64,000 nucleotides of DNA, from the IMG/VR virus record IMGVR_UViG_3300021087_000006; one strand, given 5' to 3'. The notes beneath the pieces are model-generated. The model saw nothing but the letters and a program-made list of their open reading frames with translations, ran no database searches and was not told where the DNA came from. The position numbers were made by a program, and so were the translations under genes. Positions within the stretch are counted from its first letter, which is position 1, and each line of letters begins with the position of its first letter. Source of the stretch: an uncultured virus (IMG/VR IMGVR_UViG_3300021087_000006). Lineage: Duplodnaviria > Heunggongvirae > Uroviricota > Caudoviricetes. This document shows, piece after piece, positions 37,158 to 46,350 of this stretch.

Positions 37158-39159
37158 GCAGTCAGAACATGTAGAACAACTACTGTCTACCGATTCGCAG
37201 ATACATAGAGCCACTGTAGTTAGCTCCAATAGAGAAACTGGTGAGATTATAGTCAGAGCGCCAAACGTAACAGGATCTGAGAGCACTATCAATATTTCAA
37301 TGGCTGGTCGCAAACCAGTGGATGCTGGTTACTATGGCAGATACTACGATGATGGTACAGTCCCCGCCGGTGCTCAAAAACAGTTAAAGAAGTGGTACCT
37401 AGCAGGAGAGCCGTATAAAGACGGAGAAACGTATGATTATAACCGTGGTGATTACCATAAGACTTATGTAGTTCCAGAGGCTGGTGATGAGATTATTATT
37501 TGTCGAGAAGACGCTGATTACACCAACGTGTTTTGGATAAATACCTACACACCACACTTTCCGCCCTATCAAACGTTCACATACGGGAATGACTCAACAC
37601 ACCCACACTTTAAAAACACTACCAATACTTGGTTTGGTCCTCCATTCTGGGAGTCGTTCCTCAATTATGGCTCACAGCAACAGACTATCTTTGGACACAT
37701 GATCTCCATGGAGAGGCAGTATGCCTCCCATGAGGGCTACGCAGATAACACAGCACAGGCAGGAACTACCACCACGATAACACTAGCGTCTTCTGCCTCC
37801 AGTACTGACGACGACTATAAGGACTGGAAAATAATCCTGTATTCAGGAACAGGTACAGGACAGGCCGGAACAATATCTGACTATGTGGGTAGTACCAAGG
37901 TAGCCACTGTAACGGGTATTGAGGCTGAGTCAACTTACGGAGGAACATATTACACTGCTCAAGACACATGGTTCACCACACCAGATAGTACAACTAAGTA
38001 CAGACTTTACAACAACAAGCACTCCACATGGACACCTAAGGATATCTACGAACTACGCAACTATAGCAAGACGGATTATGACGCATTAATTAGTACCTAC
38101 GACCACAGACAAACCCATTGGAACTACCCACCTTTGGTAGTACAGATGCGTTGGGCTGGATACCCCGCCTTCGTTGTTGCCCCAAACAGGTACAACGGGG
38201 ATGGTTACTTGTCTGTAGGTTACGAAAAACAAGCAATGATGCAGTTGGGCATGGGTCTACAAATTGGGACTCAACAATACAGTAACACACACGTCAACGT
38301 TAGTAGCAACACAATCGAATCAAACGAGGGCGATTTCTTTATAAGGGATGATACTAGGGGACACGCTACCATAGGTTCGACAACGCTGTGGCTCACAGGT
38401 CATGGCGACAAAAAACAAGGCCGATTAGTTATGTATGCTCATGGTACCCCCACATCAGGTGAAGACCCGTCATTCTCATCTGCCGAGCGCTATAACACTA
38501 TGAGTTTAATACCCGCCGATATAATCAGTTCTGGGGACGGTAGTGAGCGTGCTTCTGTGCTTTGCAGTATTGATGGCTACCAGCCGTTTTATGTGAATAG
38601 GCATATCGTCACGGGTGGTGATGTCTACCCAGATGATGATAACCAAAGAGATTTGGGAAGGAGTGGAAGTAGGTGGGATGACATTTATGCCACAAACTCA
38701 TCAATCCAAACATCTGATCGTAATGATAAAACAGATATACAGGACTCCGACTTGGGTCTTACATTTATAAATAGTTTGAGACCAGTGTCATATAAGTGGA
38801 AGGTCAAACCATCCATTAAAGAAGACTCTGGTGATGCAACCACAAACGCAGGTGTGCGTACACACTACGGGTTAATTGGTCAGGAAGTGGAAACAGTTTT
38901 AGGAAGTGCGGCTGATACTACAGCGTTCTGGACAAAGTCGTCTGTAAAAGAACAGGTAGCTGTTGAGGCACAGTACGACAAGAGTCCCATCATAGGTGAA
39001 GAAAACAAGGTCGTTGGTCACAATAATGTACTTCTCACCCCTGCAAAAGAGGCTAGGGAAGCACACGATATTCAAGGACTGCGTTACACCGAATTGATCG
39101 CACCCATAATTAAAGCAATACAGGAGTTGACAACCAGAGTGGAAGCATTGGAGGCATAA
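37144..39159 (+). CDS. Spike-position protein: gp5/gpV-like OB N-terminus fused to a fibre with S74 chaperone
   Basis: HRATVV...GEIIVRAPNVTG...VPEAGDEIII...NVFW; C-terminal TSDRNDKTDI...HYGLIGQEVE...LRYTELIAPIIKAIQEL. Confidence 0.7.
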   Translation: MPHHEQSEHVEQLLSTDSQIHRATVVSSNRETGEIIVRAPNVTGSESTINISMAGRKPVDAGYYGRYYDDGTVPAGAQKQLKKWYLAGEPYKDGETYDYNRGDYHKTYVVPEAGDEIIICREDADYTNVFWINTYTPHFPPYQTFTYGNDSTHPHFKNTTNTWFGPPFWESFLNYGSQQQTIFGHMISMERQYASHEGYADNTAQAGTTTTITLASSASSTDDDYKDWKIILYSGTGTGQAGTISDYVGSTKVATVTGIEAESTYGGTYYTAQDTWFTTPDSTTKYRLYNNKHSTWTPKDIYELRNYSKTDYDALISTYDHRQTHWNYPPLVVQMRWAGYPAFVVAPNRYNGDGYLSVGYEKQAMMQLGMGLQIGTQQYSNTHVNVSSNTIESNEGDFFIRDDTRGHATIGSTTLWLTGHGDKKQGRLVMYAHGTPTSGEDPSFSSAERYNTMSLIPADIISSGDGSERASVLCSIDGYQPFYVNRHIVTGGDVYPDDDNQRDLGRSGSRWDDIYATNSSIQTSDRNDKTDIQDSDLGLTFINSLRPVSYKWKVKPSIKEDSGDATTNAGVRTHYGLIGQEVETVLGSAADTTAFWTKSSVKEQVAVEAQYDKSPIIGEENKVVGHNNVLLTPAKEAREAHDIQGLRYTELIAPIIKAIQELTTRVEALEA

Positions 39160-39890
39160 TGATACCGACAACAAACAGTAGTGTAGATCTTTCTTTACTA
39201 CACCCGCGCTTTAAGGAGCGCCTCATCGCATTTTTTGACGACCCACGAATACGTGGGCGTGTAACCGTGTCATCTGCTTGCAGATCATACGCAAAACAGA
39301 AGGCTTTGTACGAAAGGTATAGAGCCGGTAAAGGAGTACTTGCCGCCAACCCAGACAGAAGATTTGGGGAGAAAGCCTTAGATGGACAAGGGATATGGCG
39401 GGGGTCATGGCACCAACAACAACTGGACGGGTGGTGTTATGCCGTCGACTTCAACAGACTAAATAATGATTTACAGACATGGGAGATAAACGCCATAGCT
39501 AAAGAGTATGGTATGCACCCGACTGTAGATGGAGAGTGGTGGCATCATCAACCACGTAAGACCACCGACTGGTTTGACGCTCCGGCTTTAACATCAGCAG
39601 GAGTACAGGAAGTAGAAGAAGAACCACGTATGAACTGGGCGGCGATTGCCATGTTCGTGAAACAACTTGAAGCTATTGTTAGTACTACTCCGCTTAGACG
39701 GGGTAGTCGTAATGTAGCGGTCAAAGTATTACAGAGAAAACTAGGGGAGCAAGGCTACGATGCTGGGATTCCCGACGGTATCTTTGGTAGAATTACTACT
39801 AGGGCAGTCAAACGGTATCAGCGGGTAAACAAGATAAGAATAGATGGAATTGTGGGTCCAGAAACTTGGGCCACTATTATGAAGGGTTAA
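39159..39890 (+). CDS. Endolysin: M15 peptidase plus peptidoglycan-binding domain
   Basis: SACRSYAKQ, SWH...AVD, EWWH; LRRGS...LQ..L...DGIFG..T..AVKRYQ...DGIVGPETW. Confidence 0.85.
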   Translation: MIPTTNSSVDLSLLHPRFKERLIAFFDDPRIRGRVTVSSACRSYAKQKALYERYRAGKGVLAANPDRRFGEKALDGQGIWRGSWHQQQLDGWCYAVDFNRLNNDLQTWEINAIAKEYGMHPTVDGEWWHHQPRKTTDWFDAPALTSAGVQEVEEEPRMNWAAIAMFVKQLEAIVSTTPLRRGSRNVAVKVLQRKLGEQGYDAGIPDGIFGRITTRAVKRYQRVNKIRIDGIVGPETWATIMKG

Positions 39891-39891
39891 A

Positions 39892-40323
39892 TTGAGTACT
39901 ATATCTGTACCATTCACGTTTTCTGAGGGATCATTACTATCGACTGACGATCCCGATAAGATCGCCCGTCAACAGATACTAGACGTACTCATGACAGATA
40001 AGTTTGAGAGAGTCATGTATCCAAATTATGGTGCCGCTACTCGTAGGATGCTGTTTGATAACGTCGATTCCCTGTCAGTTGCGGACTACCGTGACACTGC
40101 ACAGGACGGTTTGAATAGGCACTTGACCAACTGTCAAGTCGTATCTTTGAACGTACATAACGCTCCACCAACACAGCGTGCTAGAGCTATGGGCGGAAAT
40201 GATTCTTCATCAACTTTATATGTAACTGCTCTTTACAGACTCAATAGTGATCCAACGGTCACCAAGTCTGTCTCTGTAAATATTGCTGATCCCTCAAGAC
40301 TTACCCAATTTACTAGGTTCTAA
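39892..40323 (+). CDS. Baseplate wedge protein (gp25/GpW-like)
   Basis: ISVPF...LMT...ERVMYPNYG. Confidence 0.85.
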   Translation: MSTISVPFTFSEGSLLSTDDPDKIARQQILDVLMTDKFERVMYPNYGAATRRMLFDNVDSLSVADYRDTAQDGLNRHLTNCQVVSLNVHNAPPTQRARAMGGNDSSSTLYVTALYRLNSDPTVTKSVSVNIADPSRLTQFTRF

Positions 40324-40332
40324 GGATGTACC

Positions 40333-42063
40333 ATGCCAACTGATTATACAAGTAGAGACTTTGCTTCAATTAAAACTGATTTATTACGCAGAGCTTCATC
40401 ACAAATACCCGAGTGGAATACCCAAGCCTCGCCAGACTTCGCCAACATGTTGGTTGACCTGTGGGCTTACATGGGTGATGTCCAGAACTACTACATTGAC
40501 AGGGCATACCGTGAGTCCTATATCAACACGGCCACCTTGAGGTCGACAGTTCTTTCCTTAGCTAAGATGATGGGCTATACGGCCAACGTAATGACCTCGT
40601 CAAGAGCGACAGTGTCTGTTAGTAACAGTTCTAGTGCTTCAATAACACTGCCCAAGGGAACTGTTTTTCAAGTTCCGTCTACTAGTACAACTACCCCTAT
40701 TTACTTTATTTCACAGTCTGCTATCTCAGTACCCACCACAGGAGCGTCAGTCCCCGTTATAGAGGGGCAGGAGTTTACGGAAACTTTAACTCCAAACTTT
40801 GATGGAACGTCAGCTAGAGCCTTTCAACTAAGTGAGCAAGGTGTGGTTCCCTCATCGTTGACTGCAACTGTTGGGACAGACACATACACCTACATTTCAG
40901 ACATAACTACTGTTAGTGCTGGTACTCCAGCCTTTACGTCAGTAGTAGACAGTGACAACTACACAAGAGTTGTATTTGGTAATGGTGTTAACGGTCGCAT
41001 ACCTCCAACAGGTAGCACAATTACGTGCACTTACAGAGTTGGTCAAGGGACTACGGGAAATGTTGCGCCTAATAAGATCACAGTTATGACTAGCCCTGTT
41101 CAGGGTATCGCTATAACTTCTTCAACAGAGGCATCTGGTGGCAGTGATGCAGAAAGCATTGCTTCAATAAGAAACAACGCTCCCACTGTCAGAAGGACAC
41201 AGGACAGAGCAGTTACGTTAGCTGACTACAGAGTGTTAATGGAAAACTATGGCGGTGTAAGTAAGGCTATTGCAATACAGGCGGTGAGTTCAGGAGCGGT
41301 TACCGTTCACTACTCTGCGTTGCCCGAATACAATAACTTTGAAAACATTGCTACTACGATAGACACGCTCTACTTGTCTCCAAACACTGAGATCCTCACT
41401 GGTACAGCACAAGCCGGTGCGGCAACCACTATAACGTTGGCCGCATCAGGGCCGTCAGCTACTGACGACTTCTATAATGACATGCTTATAGAAATAACAG
41501 GGGGTACAGGTAGCGGACAGACAGCGGTAATATCTGACTATGTAGGTAGTACTAAAGTTGCTACCGTGCCAACATGGACTACAAATCCAGACAACACTTC
41601 CACATATAAAATCACAGCTAACACTAAAACCAACTTTGGCTCTGCCGGATTGGACATAGAGAACTCGTTAGCAGACTACTTGACTGCCAGAAAGATGGTG
41701 GGCGTGTCTATTAACCAGATAAGTGCAACCATTAATCTCACAGGTGTTTACGTTGATTTTAATAGCGTTGTAGTTAAAGACGGTTATTACCAGACCAACG
41801 TTAAGTCAGCAATAGACCAAGCAGTTCGTAAACTGTTTACTTGGCAACAAGTTGGCTTTAACAAGACATTCAGACTAAGTGCTGTGTTGACAGCCGCAGC
41901 TTCTGTAGATGGTGTGTCCAGCTTAACCATAGGAAACCTTGGTACATCAGGGGGATCTAACGTGGGAGATTACACACCTAGCAGTCAAACCACTAGTTCT
42001 GCTATCAACATACCTGTATTACGCACCATAGGATTCACTGGCGTAACTGGTGGTATTGCCTAG
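40333..42063 (+). CDS. Baseplate J / gp6-like wedge protein
   Basis: DYTSRDF, FGNGVNGRIP, GGSDAESI, QDRAVTLADY. Confidence 0.88.
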   Translation: MPTDYTSRDFASIKTDLLRRASSQIPEWNTQASPDFANMLVDLWAYMGDVQNYYIDRAYRESYINTATLRSTVLSLAKMMGYTANVMTSSRATVSVSNSSSASITLPKGTVFQVPSTSTTTPIYFISQSAISVPTTGASVPVIEGQEFTETLTPNFDGTSARAFQLSEQGVVPSSLTATVGTDTYTYISDITTVSAGTPAFTSVVDSDNYTRVVFGNGVNGRIPPTGSTITCTYRVGQGTTGNVAPNKITVMTSPVQGIAITSSTEASGGSDAESIASIRNNAPTVRRTQDRAVTLADYRVLMENYGGVSKAIAIQAVSSGAVTVHYSALPEYNNFENIATTIDTLYLSPNTEILTGTAQAGAATTITLAASGPSATDDFYNDMLIEITGGTGSGQTAVISDYVGSTKVATVPTWTTNPDNTSTYKITANTKTNFGSAGLDIENSLADYLTARKMVGVSINQISATINLTGVYVDFNSVVVKDGYYQTNVKSAIDQAVRKLFTWQQVGFNKTFRLSAVLTAAASVDGVSSLTIGNLGTSGGSNVGDYTPSSQTTSSAINIPVLRTIGFTGVTGGIA

Positions 42064-44600
42064 TGACTCAACCTCTTGAGAACAGACCGGAGCTTGTAGC
42101 TGACGGGGGATATGCTGTATTACACGGCGGTACCCCTACGTACAACACGGACAACACACTCAAAGGTTGGCAGGTCACTAGTGCTACGTCAACTACAGTT
42201 GTACTGCACAGTAGTGCTAACATTACTGACGATTATTTTAACGGTGCCACCATATGGATCACCGCAGGCACAGGATCAGGGCAGTCTGCTGTAATCACCG
42301 ATTACGTAGGTGCCACACGTACTGTTACTGTAGCTACATGGACAACTAATCCAGATACTACGTCCTACTATGTAATAGATAACACTGGGCTTAGAGCACT
42401 TTCTGACAATGCCTCGCTACGAGCGGGTACATACTCGTCTGCAACAGCAGTTGCTGGTGACTTGGAGTCCTTCATATCTGCCCATGTACACGACTACGAC
42501 ACAGTCTCAGAAGAATGGACAATTCGAGTACCGTGGCACACAAAGACACTTGCTTCAGATGAAAGCACTCCTGCTTCTGGCACAGTATCATTAATTAGAT
42601 TTGAGATACTTGGTTCTAGAGTTGGTTATCCAGAGTTTCCAGATGACTTAGGCGACCATGGCTTTTTGGTGTTGGAAAAGAATGCTGTTGACGATACGAC
42701 TCCAACTTCCCCTGCCGTTACAACAGTGACCACCAAGAGTCATAGAAGTAACTGGTTGTACCTGTCAATGATTTACACGTACATAGACGACGGGGGCAAT
42801 AGGTACAATGAGGTTGTTGCTAAAGCTTCTGTTTTGATTCCCACATACCACAACACATCGTCGGCCATGTGGAGAAAGATGCCAGACTACTACCAACGAA
42901 TTGATACCACAGGTCACTTATCTAAGTTCATCAATCTGTTTGCTTGGGAAAACGACTTGTACATTTCATTGATTGACGAACTGATGCACCTTAAGTCTCC
43001 AGATCGAGTGCACTATGCCTCCTTAAATAATCTGGCAACCACTTCGGGTGTTCCATTTAAGTCTTCTGAGTTAAGACCGCATCAGATAAGAGAGTTGATA
43101 TCTAATTCTTATAAGTACAACTTACAAAAAGGACGAGCAGATGCTGTTCTATCTATGATGGGTGTTCTGTCAGATTCAGAAGTAAGTTTCAGAGAGTTTA
43201 AGACAACGGGTGTGTCTGCTATATCTGACTACACCAGAATAAAGTTTTCTGTTTGTGCTGAACGTTTAAATCTAATAAAAGATCCACGGCTCAAGGCAAC
43301 TCCGGGAACTTCCGCTACATGGCACTACCTAACCAACGCTTCAGCGGGTAGCATCACTGCGGATGACACCCCTGCTGGTGGTTCCGCTGGGGCAGATCCG
43401 GGAATTAAGTTTACGACAGGTGCTTCAGATGCTGGAACAGCCTACATATTTTCAAATACACCAGTGCAGGTAAAACGAGGTGTTCCTTATTACTGCAATA
43501 TAGATGCGAGTACACTTGTTAACGCTACATTACAGACTCGTTTGTACAGGGAAAAGCCTATCAGTGCTAGTTCCCTGCCCCCAGAAGCCACCTACTATAC
43601 TTCCGATGACTCCACGGGGGCTTCTCATTATAAAACCATGACATCCAAAATTGGCACGGCGTATACTTCTGGTGAGATTATTGAGCAACAGGGCTTTGCA
43701 CCACGCACAGGAGTAGCAGAGGCTAACGTTGTGTACACCTACAGCGGAGCTAACACACAAGGTAAATTGTTTAGAGCAGTTTTGTACACAAATACAAATT
43801 TGGATCTATCTGATTTCACTTTGAAGATAACTCCAGATGGCTCAACTGTATCTAGTTCTACTAGATTTGATCAGTTTGATTTAGCCGTCAATAATGGCAC
43901 AACTGACGTACTAACGGCCGACAACTTAACGCTATCTGTAAGCGGTGGTGTTGGAACAATAATTGATGAGGATGACAGTAGCACTGTAACAAAGTTAACT
44001 AACACTACAGGTGGTGTCACCTACACATTGCTGATAGATGAAGTAGCTAACCCTGCTTATGCGGCTGACACACAACTTCCTAGTAACAGCGCTGTTACCT
44101 TTCCGTTTATTGACAACGGAGTCGAATGGTTGTATCCGACAATAGTAGTGACCCTTAACAATGACGCTAATGTTTTACTCGACAAATTTATCTTCCAACC
44201 ATTTTCAGATGGTGAGTATTTTGATGGCACCACAAACAATGCTGGTCAGGCTATTAAGTCTGGTGCCACCATAACCCGAGACTACTACTGGTCAGGTACC
44301 ACTGATAACTCTGTTTCTATTTACACTCCGTTGAGGGGTAGACAACTCAAAGCACTAAAGAAAACTATACGTGAGTACCTACCAATAACGATGATAGACT
44401 CTACGTCTTCTGAAACTGGCACAGATGATCCTACGTTCGAGCCCACACTTTCGGATGCCAACTACTACAGCGCTACTAACACAATTCATGGGACTTGGGT
44501 GGTTGCTGATAAGACTCCCGGTGACGAGTTTGCATTCGATCCGCATTCATGGACAGCTAACGTGTATACTGAAGGGACTATTAAATCCTTGAGCAACTAA
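42063..44600 (+). CDS. Baseplate wedge/tail protein (P2 gpI-like core with T/S-rich extensions)
   Basis: MPDYYQRID...LSKFI...RELI...Y..KG; follows baseplate J. Confidence 0.6.
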   Translation: MTQPLENRPELVADGGYAVLHGGTPTYNTDNTLKGWQVTSATSTTVVLHSSANITDDYFNGATIWITAGTGSGQSAVITDYVGATRTVTVATWTTNPDTTSYYVIDNTGLRALSDNASLRAGTYSSATAVAGDLESFISAHVHDYDTVSEEWTIRVPWHTKTLASDESTPASGTVSLIRFEILGSRVGYPEFPDDLGDHGFLVLEKNAVDDTTPTSPAVTTVTTKSHRSNWLYLSMIYTYIDDGGNRYNEVVAKASVLIPTYHNTSSAMWRKMPDYYQRIDTTGHLSKFINLFAWENDLYISLIDELMHLKSPDRVHYASLNNLATTSGVPFKSSELRPHQIRELISNSYKYNLQKGRADAVLSMMGVLSDSEVSFREFKTTGVSAISDYTRIKFSVCAERLNLIKDPRLKATPGTSATWHYLTNASAGSITADDTPAGGSAGADPGIKFTTGASDAGTAYIFSNTPVQVKRGVPYYCNIDASTLVNATLQTRLYREKPISASSLPPEATYYTSDDSTGASHYKTMTSKIGTAYTSGEIIEQQGFAPRTGVAEANVVYTYSGANTQGKLFRAVLYTNTNLDLSDFTLKITPDGSTVSSSTRFDQFDLAVNNGTTDVLTADNLTLSVSGGVGTIIDEDDSSTVTKLTNTTGGVTYTLLIDEVANPAYAADTQLPSNSAVTFPFIDNGVEWLYPTIVVTLNNDANVLLDKFIFQPFSDGEYFDGTTNNAGQAIKSGATITRDYYWSGTTDNSVSIYTPLRGRQLKALKKTIREYLPITMIDSTSSETGTDDPTFEPTLSDANYYSATNTIHGTWVVADKTPGDEFAFDPHSWTANVYTEGTIKSLSN

Positions 44601-44612
44601 ACGGAGCACAAC

Positions 44613-44873
44613 TTGGAATATATAATTGGATCACTAGCGGTATATAAAACCTTTCAAATTATTGAACTCCTACTCCCTCGACCAGTAATGGTTTGGGTAA
44701 AAGTTGTTTCCTCTGTAGCACTTGGTTACGCCACCGCATTTATTGCTGGCGCTGATCACATTGCCCTATCTGGTCTTGCTATCGCTAGTCTTGCAGGAGC
44801 AGTTCATGGCGTGCTAAGGTTACTAACTCTCGCTGGAGATTTAGTCATAAGGCGAACCATGTCAACTAGATAG
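44613..44873 (+). CDS. Small membrane protein
   Basis: Hydrophobic segments; GGAG RBS and TTG start. Confidence 0.65.
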   Translation: MEYIIGSLAVYKTFQIIELLLPRPVMVWVKVVSSVALGYATAFIAGADHIALSGLAIASLAGAVHGVLRLLTLAGDLVIRRTMSTR

Positions 44874-44884
44874 GAAGGACTCAC

Positions 44885-45583
44885 ATGGGAAATTATGTAA
44901 TTGCAGGGAAGGGAAATGTTTCCCAAGAGGTTTTGGACGCAGGGATAAAAGACTTAGGTGACGGTCATACCTTCTTTGTTCCATGGATTGGTAGTGAGAA
45001 CACAGTCCCATCAGAGGGTCTTAGGCAGGTGTATGACTACCTAGTAGATAATGCTCTTCCGTTTACTCTGATAGCAAAAGATAGAGCATCGGTTCACCCA
45101 GCCGTAGCTGGTGCCGCATCCGACATTCAAGAGAGTGTTAATGAGTCACCAGAGTTAAACTTTTCTAGCGTACCTACCGATTCAACAGCGTTGATCTTGT
45201 GGTCCGATGAAGACCAAGAGCACAGTAGTAACTTAGTATGTTCTTACCACGACCGTGGTCACAAACTACTTGACCTCACCAATGGTCTCACCCCTATAGA
45301 AATCGTAGATGAAGAAACTACCCCCCCACCTACGAAATCATCTGATAGCCCTAAACAGGAAGATGAAATACCACCCCTAACAGACGACGACATTGCTTCC
45401 ATGCCTGAGGGCGTACGTAAACAACTAGACAGGTCATTAGGGGATACAGAAGTAGAAGACATTGTAGACACAGAGGGACAAGCCTCACTAGTATTGATAA
45501 CGCCAGACGGCAGTGTCGTACGTGGAGTTGTGCCCATGTCAAAGGTGACTGGTTTAATAGACATAACTGTGTGGGAAGAATAA
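44885..45583 (+). CDS. Hypothetical protein
   Basis: AGGAAGG RBS; long ORF. Confidence 0.7.
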   Translation: MGNYVIAGKGNVSQEVLDAGIKDLGDGHTFFVPWIGSENTVPSEGLRQVYDYLVDNALPFTLIAKDRASVHPAVAGAASDIQESVNESPELNFSSVPTDSTALILWSDEDQEHSSNLVCSYHDRGHKLLDLTNGLTPIEIVDEETTPPPTKSSDSPKQEDEIPPLTDDDIASMPEGVRKQLDRSLGDTEVEDIVDTEGQASLVLITPDGSVVRGVVPMSKVTGLIDITVWEE

Positions 45584-45659
45584 CAAAGGGCCGGGGACTC
45601 TAAGAGAAACCCCGACCCTATGTTTATTACACACATGAGTTACCACTTGCGTGGCAACT
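45580..45659 (-). ncRNA. Candidate small non-coding RNA (~75-80 nt)
   Basis: Minus-strand TGC-TACACT -10, a 5' hairpin with GCAA tetraloop, and a GC-rich terminator hairpin followed by a U-rich tail. Both stems pair fully (G-U) only on the minus strand. Confidence 0.55.
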
Positions 45660-45687
45660 TTTAGTGTAGCAGACGGGACTTGGATAA

Positions 45688-46350
45688 ATGAGCATATTTG
45701 GTAAATATCCGTCTTGGATTAGACCAAAACTAAAAGGGCAGTTTACAGCTATAACAGCGTTGGTAGAACTGGTTTGTTTAATGAACCACAAAACTAACCG
45801 TGTGAGGATTAGCCATGAGAAATTGGGAGAGCGCATGGGTTGTTCAACTAGGACAGCACAACGAGCTATAGAAGTTTTAGTAAAGGAAGGGGTAATATTA
45901 CGTGATAGGACAAATTATTCATCAAACGTATATACAGTTTTATATGAGGAGGAATCCATGAATGACTGGGACGAATGGGAAACTCTAGGTGAGGATATAG
46001 ATGTACCTAAGATTGAGAAGAAGGTAGTCAAAGGAAGAGTGCCTAAACTTGTTGCGTTCTTTAGTGACGAGATGGCTTTGCACGACCCTATGGGCATTCA
46101 GTCAGCGGTTAACGCAAAGGCTCTAGGTAAACACTTCAAGGAAATGTTGGACAACCATGGTGTTACAGAACAACAGATAAAGACAATGATAACTCTGTTT
46201 GCACTAGACGTTGATAGAGGAAACAAAAACGTGACGGATGAATACCCCGCTTGGCAGACGTTCTTAGCAGACAGACAAGCACTACTAAAAAGGGTTAAGG
46301 AAGGGACGGAGGACATTGTTTATATTGATGAGATGCCACCGGCAGATTAA
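45688..46350 (+). CDS. HTH replication initiator-like protein
   Basis: SHEKLGERMGCSTRTAQRAIEVLVKEGVI...SNVYTV winged HTH; precedes a DnaC-like gene. Confidence 0.7.
   Translation: MSIFGKYPSWIRPKLKGQFTAITALVELVCLMNHKTNRVRISHEKLGERMGCSTRTAQRAIEVLVKEGVILRDRTNYSSNVYTVLYEEESMNDWDEWETLGEDIDVPKIEKKVVKGRVPKLVAFFSDEMALHDPMGIQSAVNAKALGKHFKEMLDNHGVTEQQIKTMITLFALDVDRGNKNVTDEYPAWQTFLADRQALLKRVKEGTEDIVYIDEMPPAD

Noticed and set aside
37747..42380. Repeated module as a DGR template/variable repeat pair
   Set aside because: All copies are in-frame and coding, differences are not adenine-specific, and no reverse transcriptase is in the window.
45259..45636. 125-aa minus-strand ORF downstream of the minus-strand promoter
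   Set aside because: It is antisense to the 44885-45583 gene, Ser-rich like a shadow ORF, and crosses the terminator hairpin; a short ncRNA explains the region better.
45688..46350. Iteron-type origin inside the initiator gene
   Set aside because: There is an AT-rich patch near 45910-45950, but I could not find convincing direct repeats.
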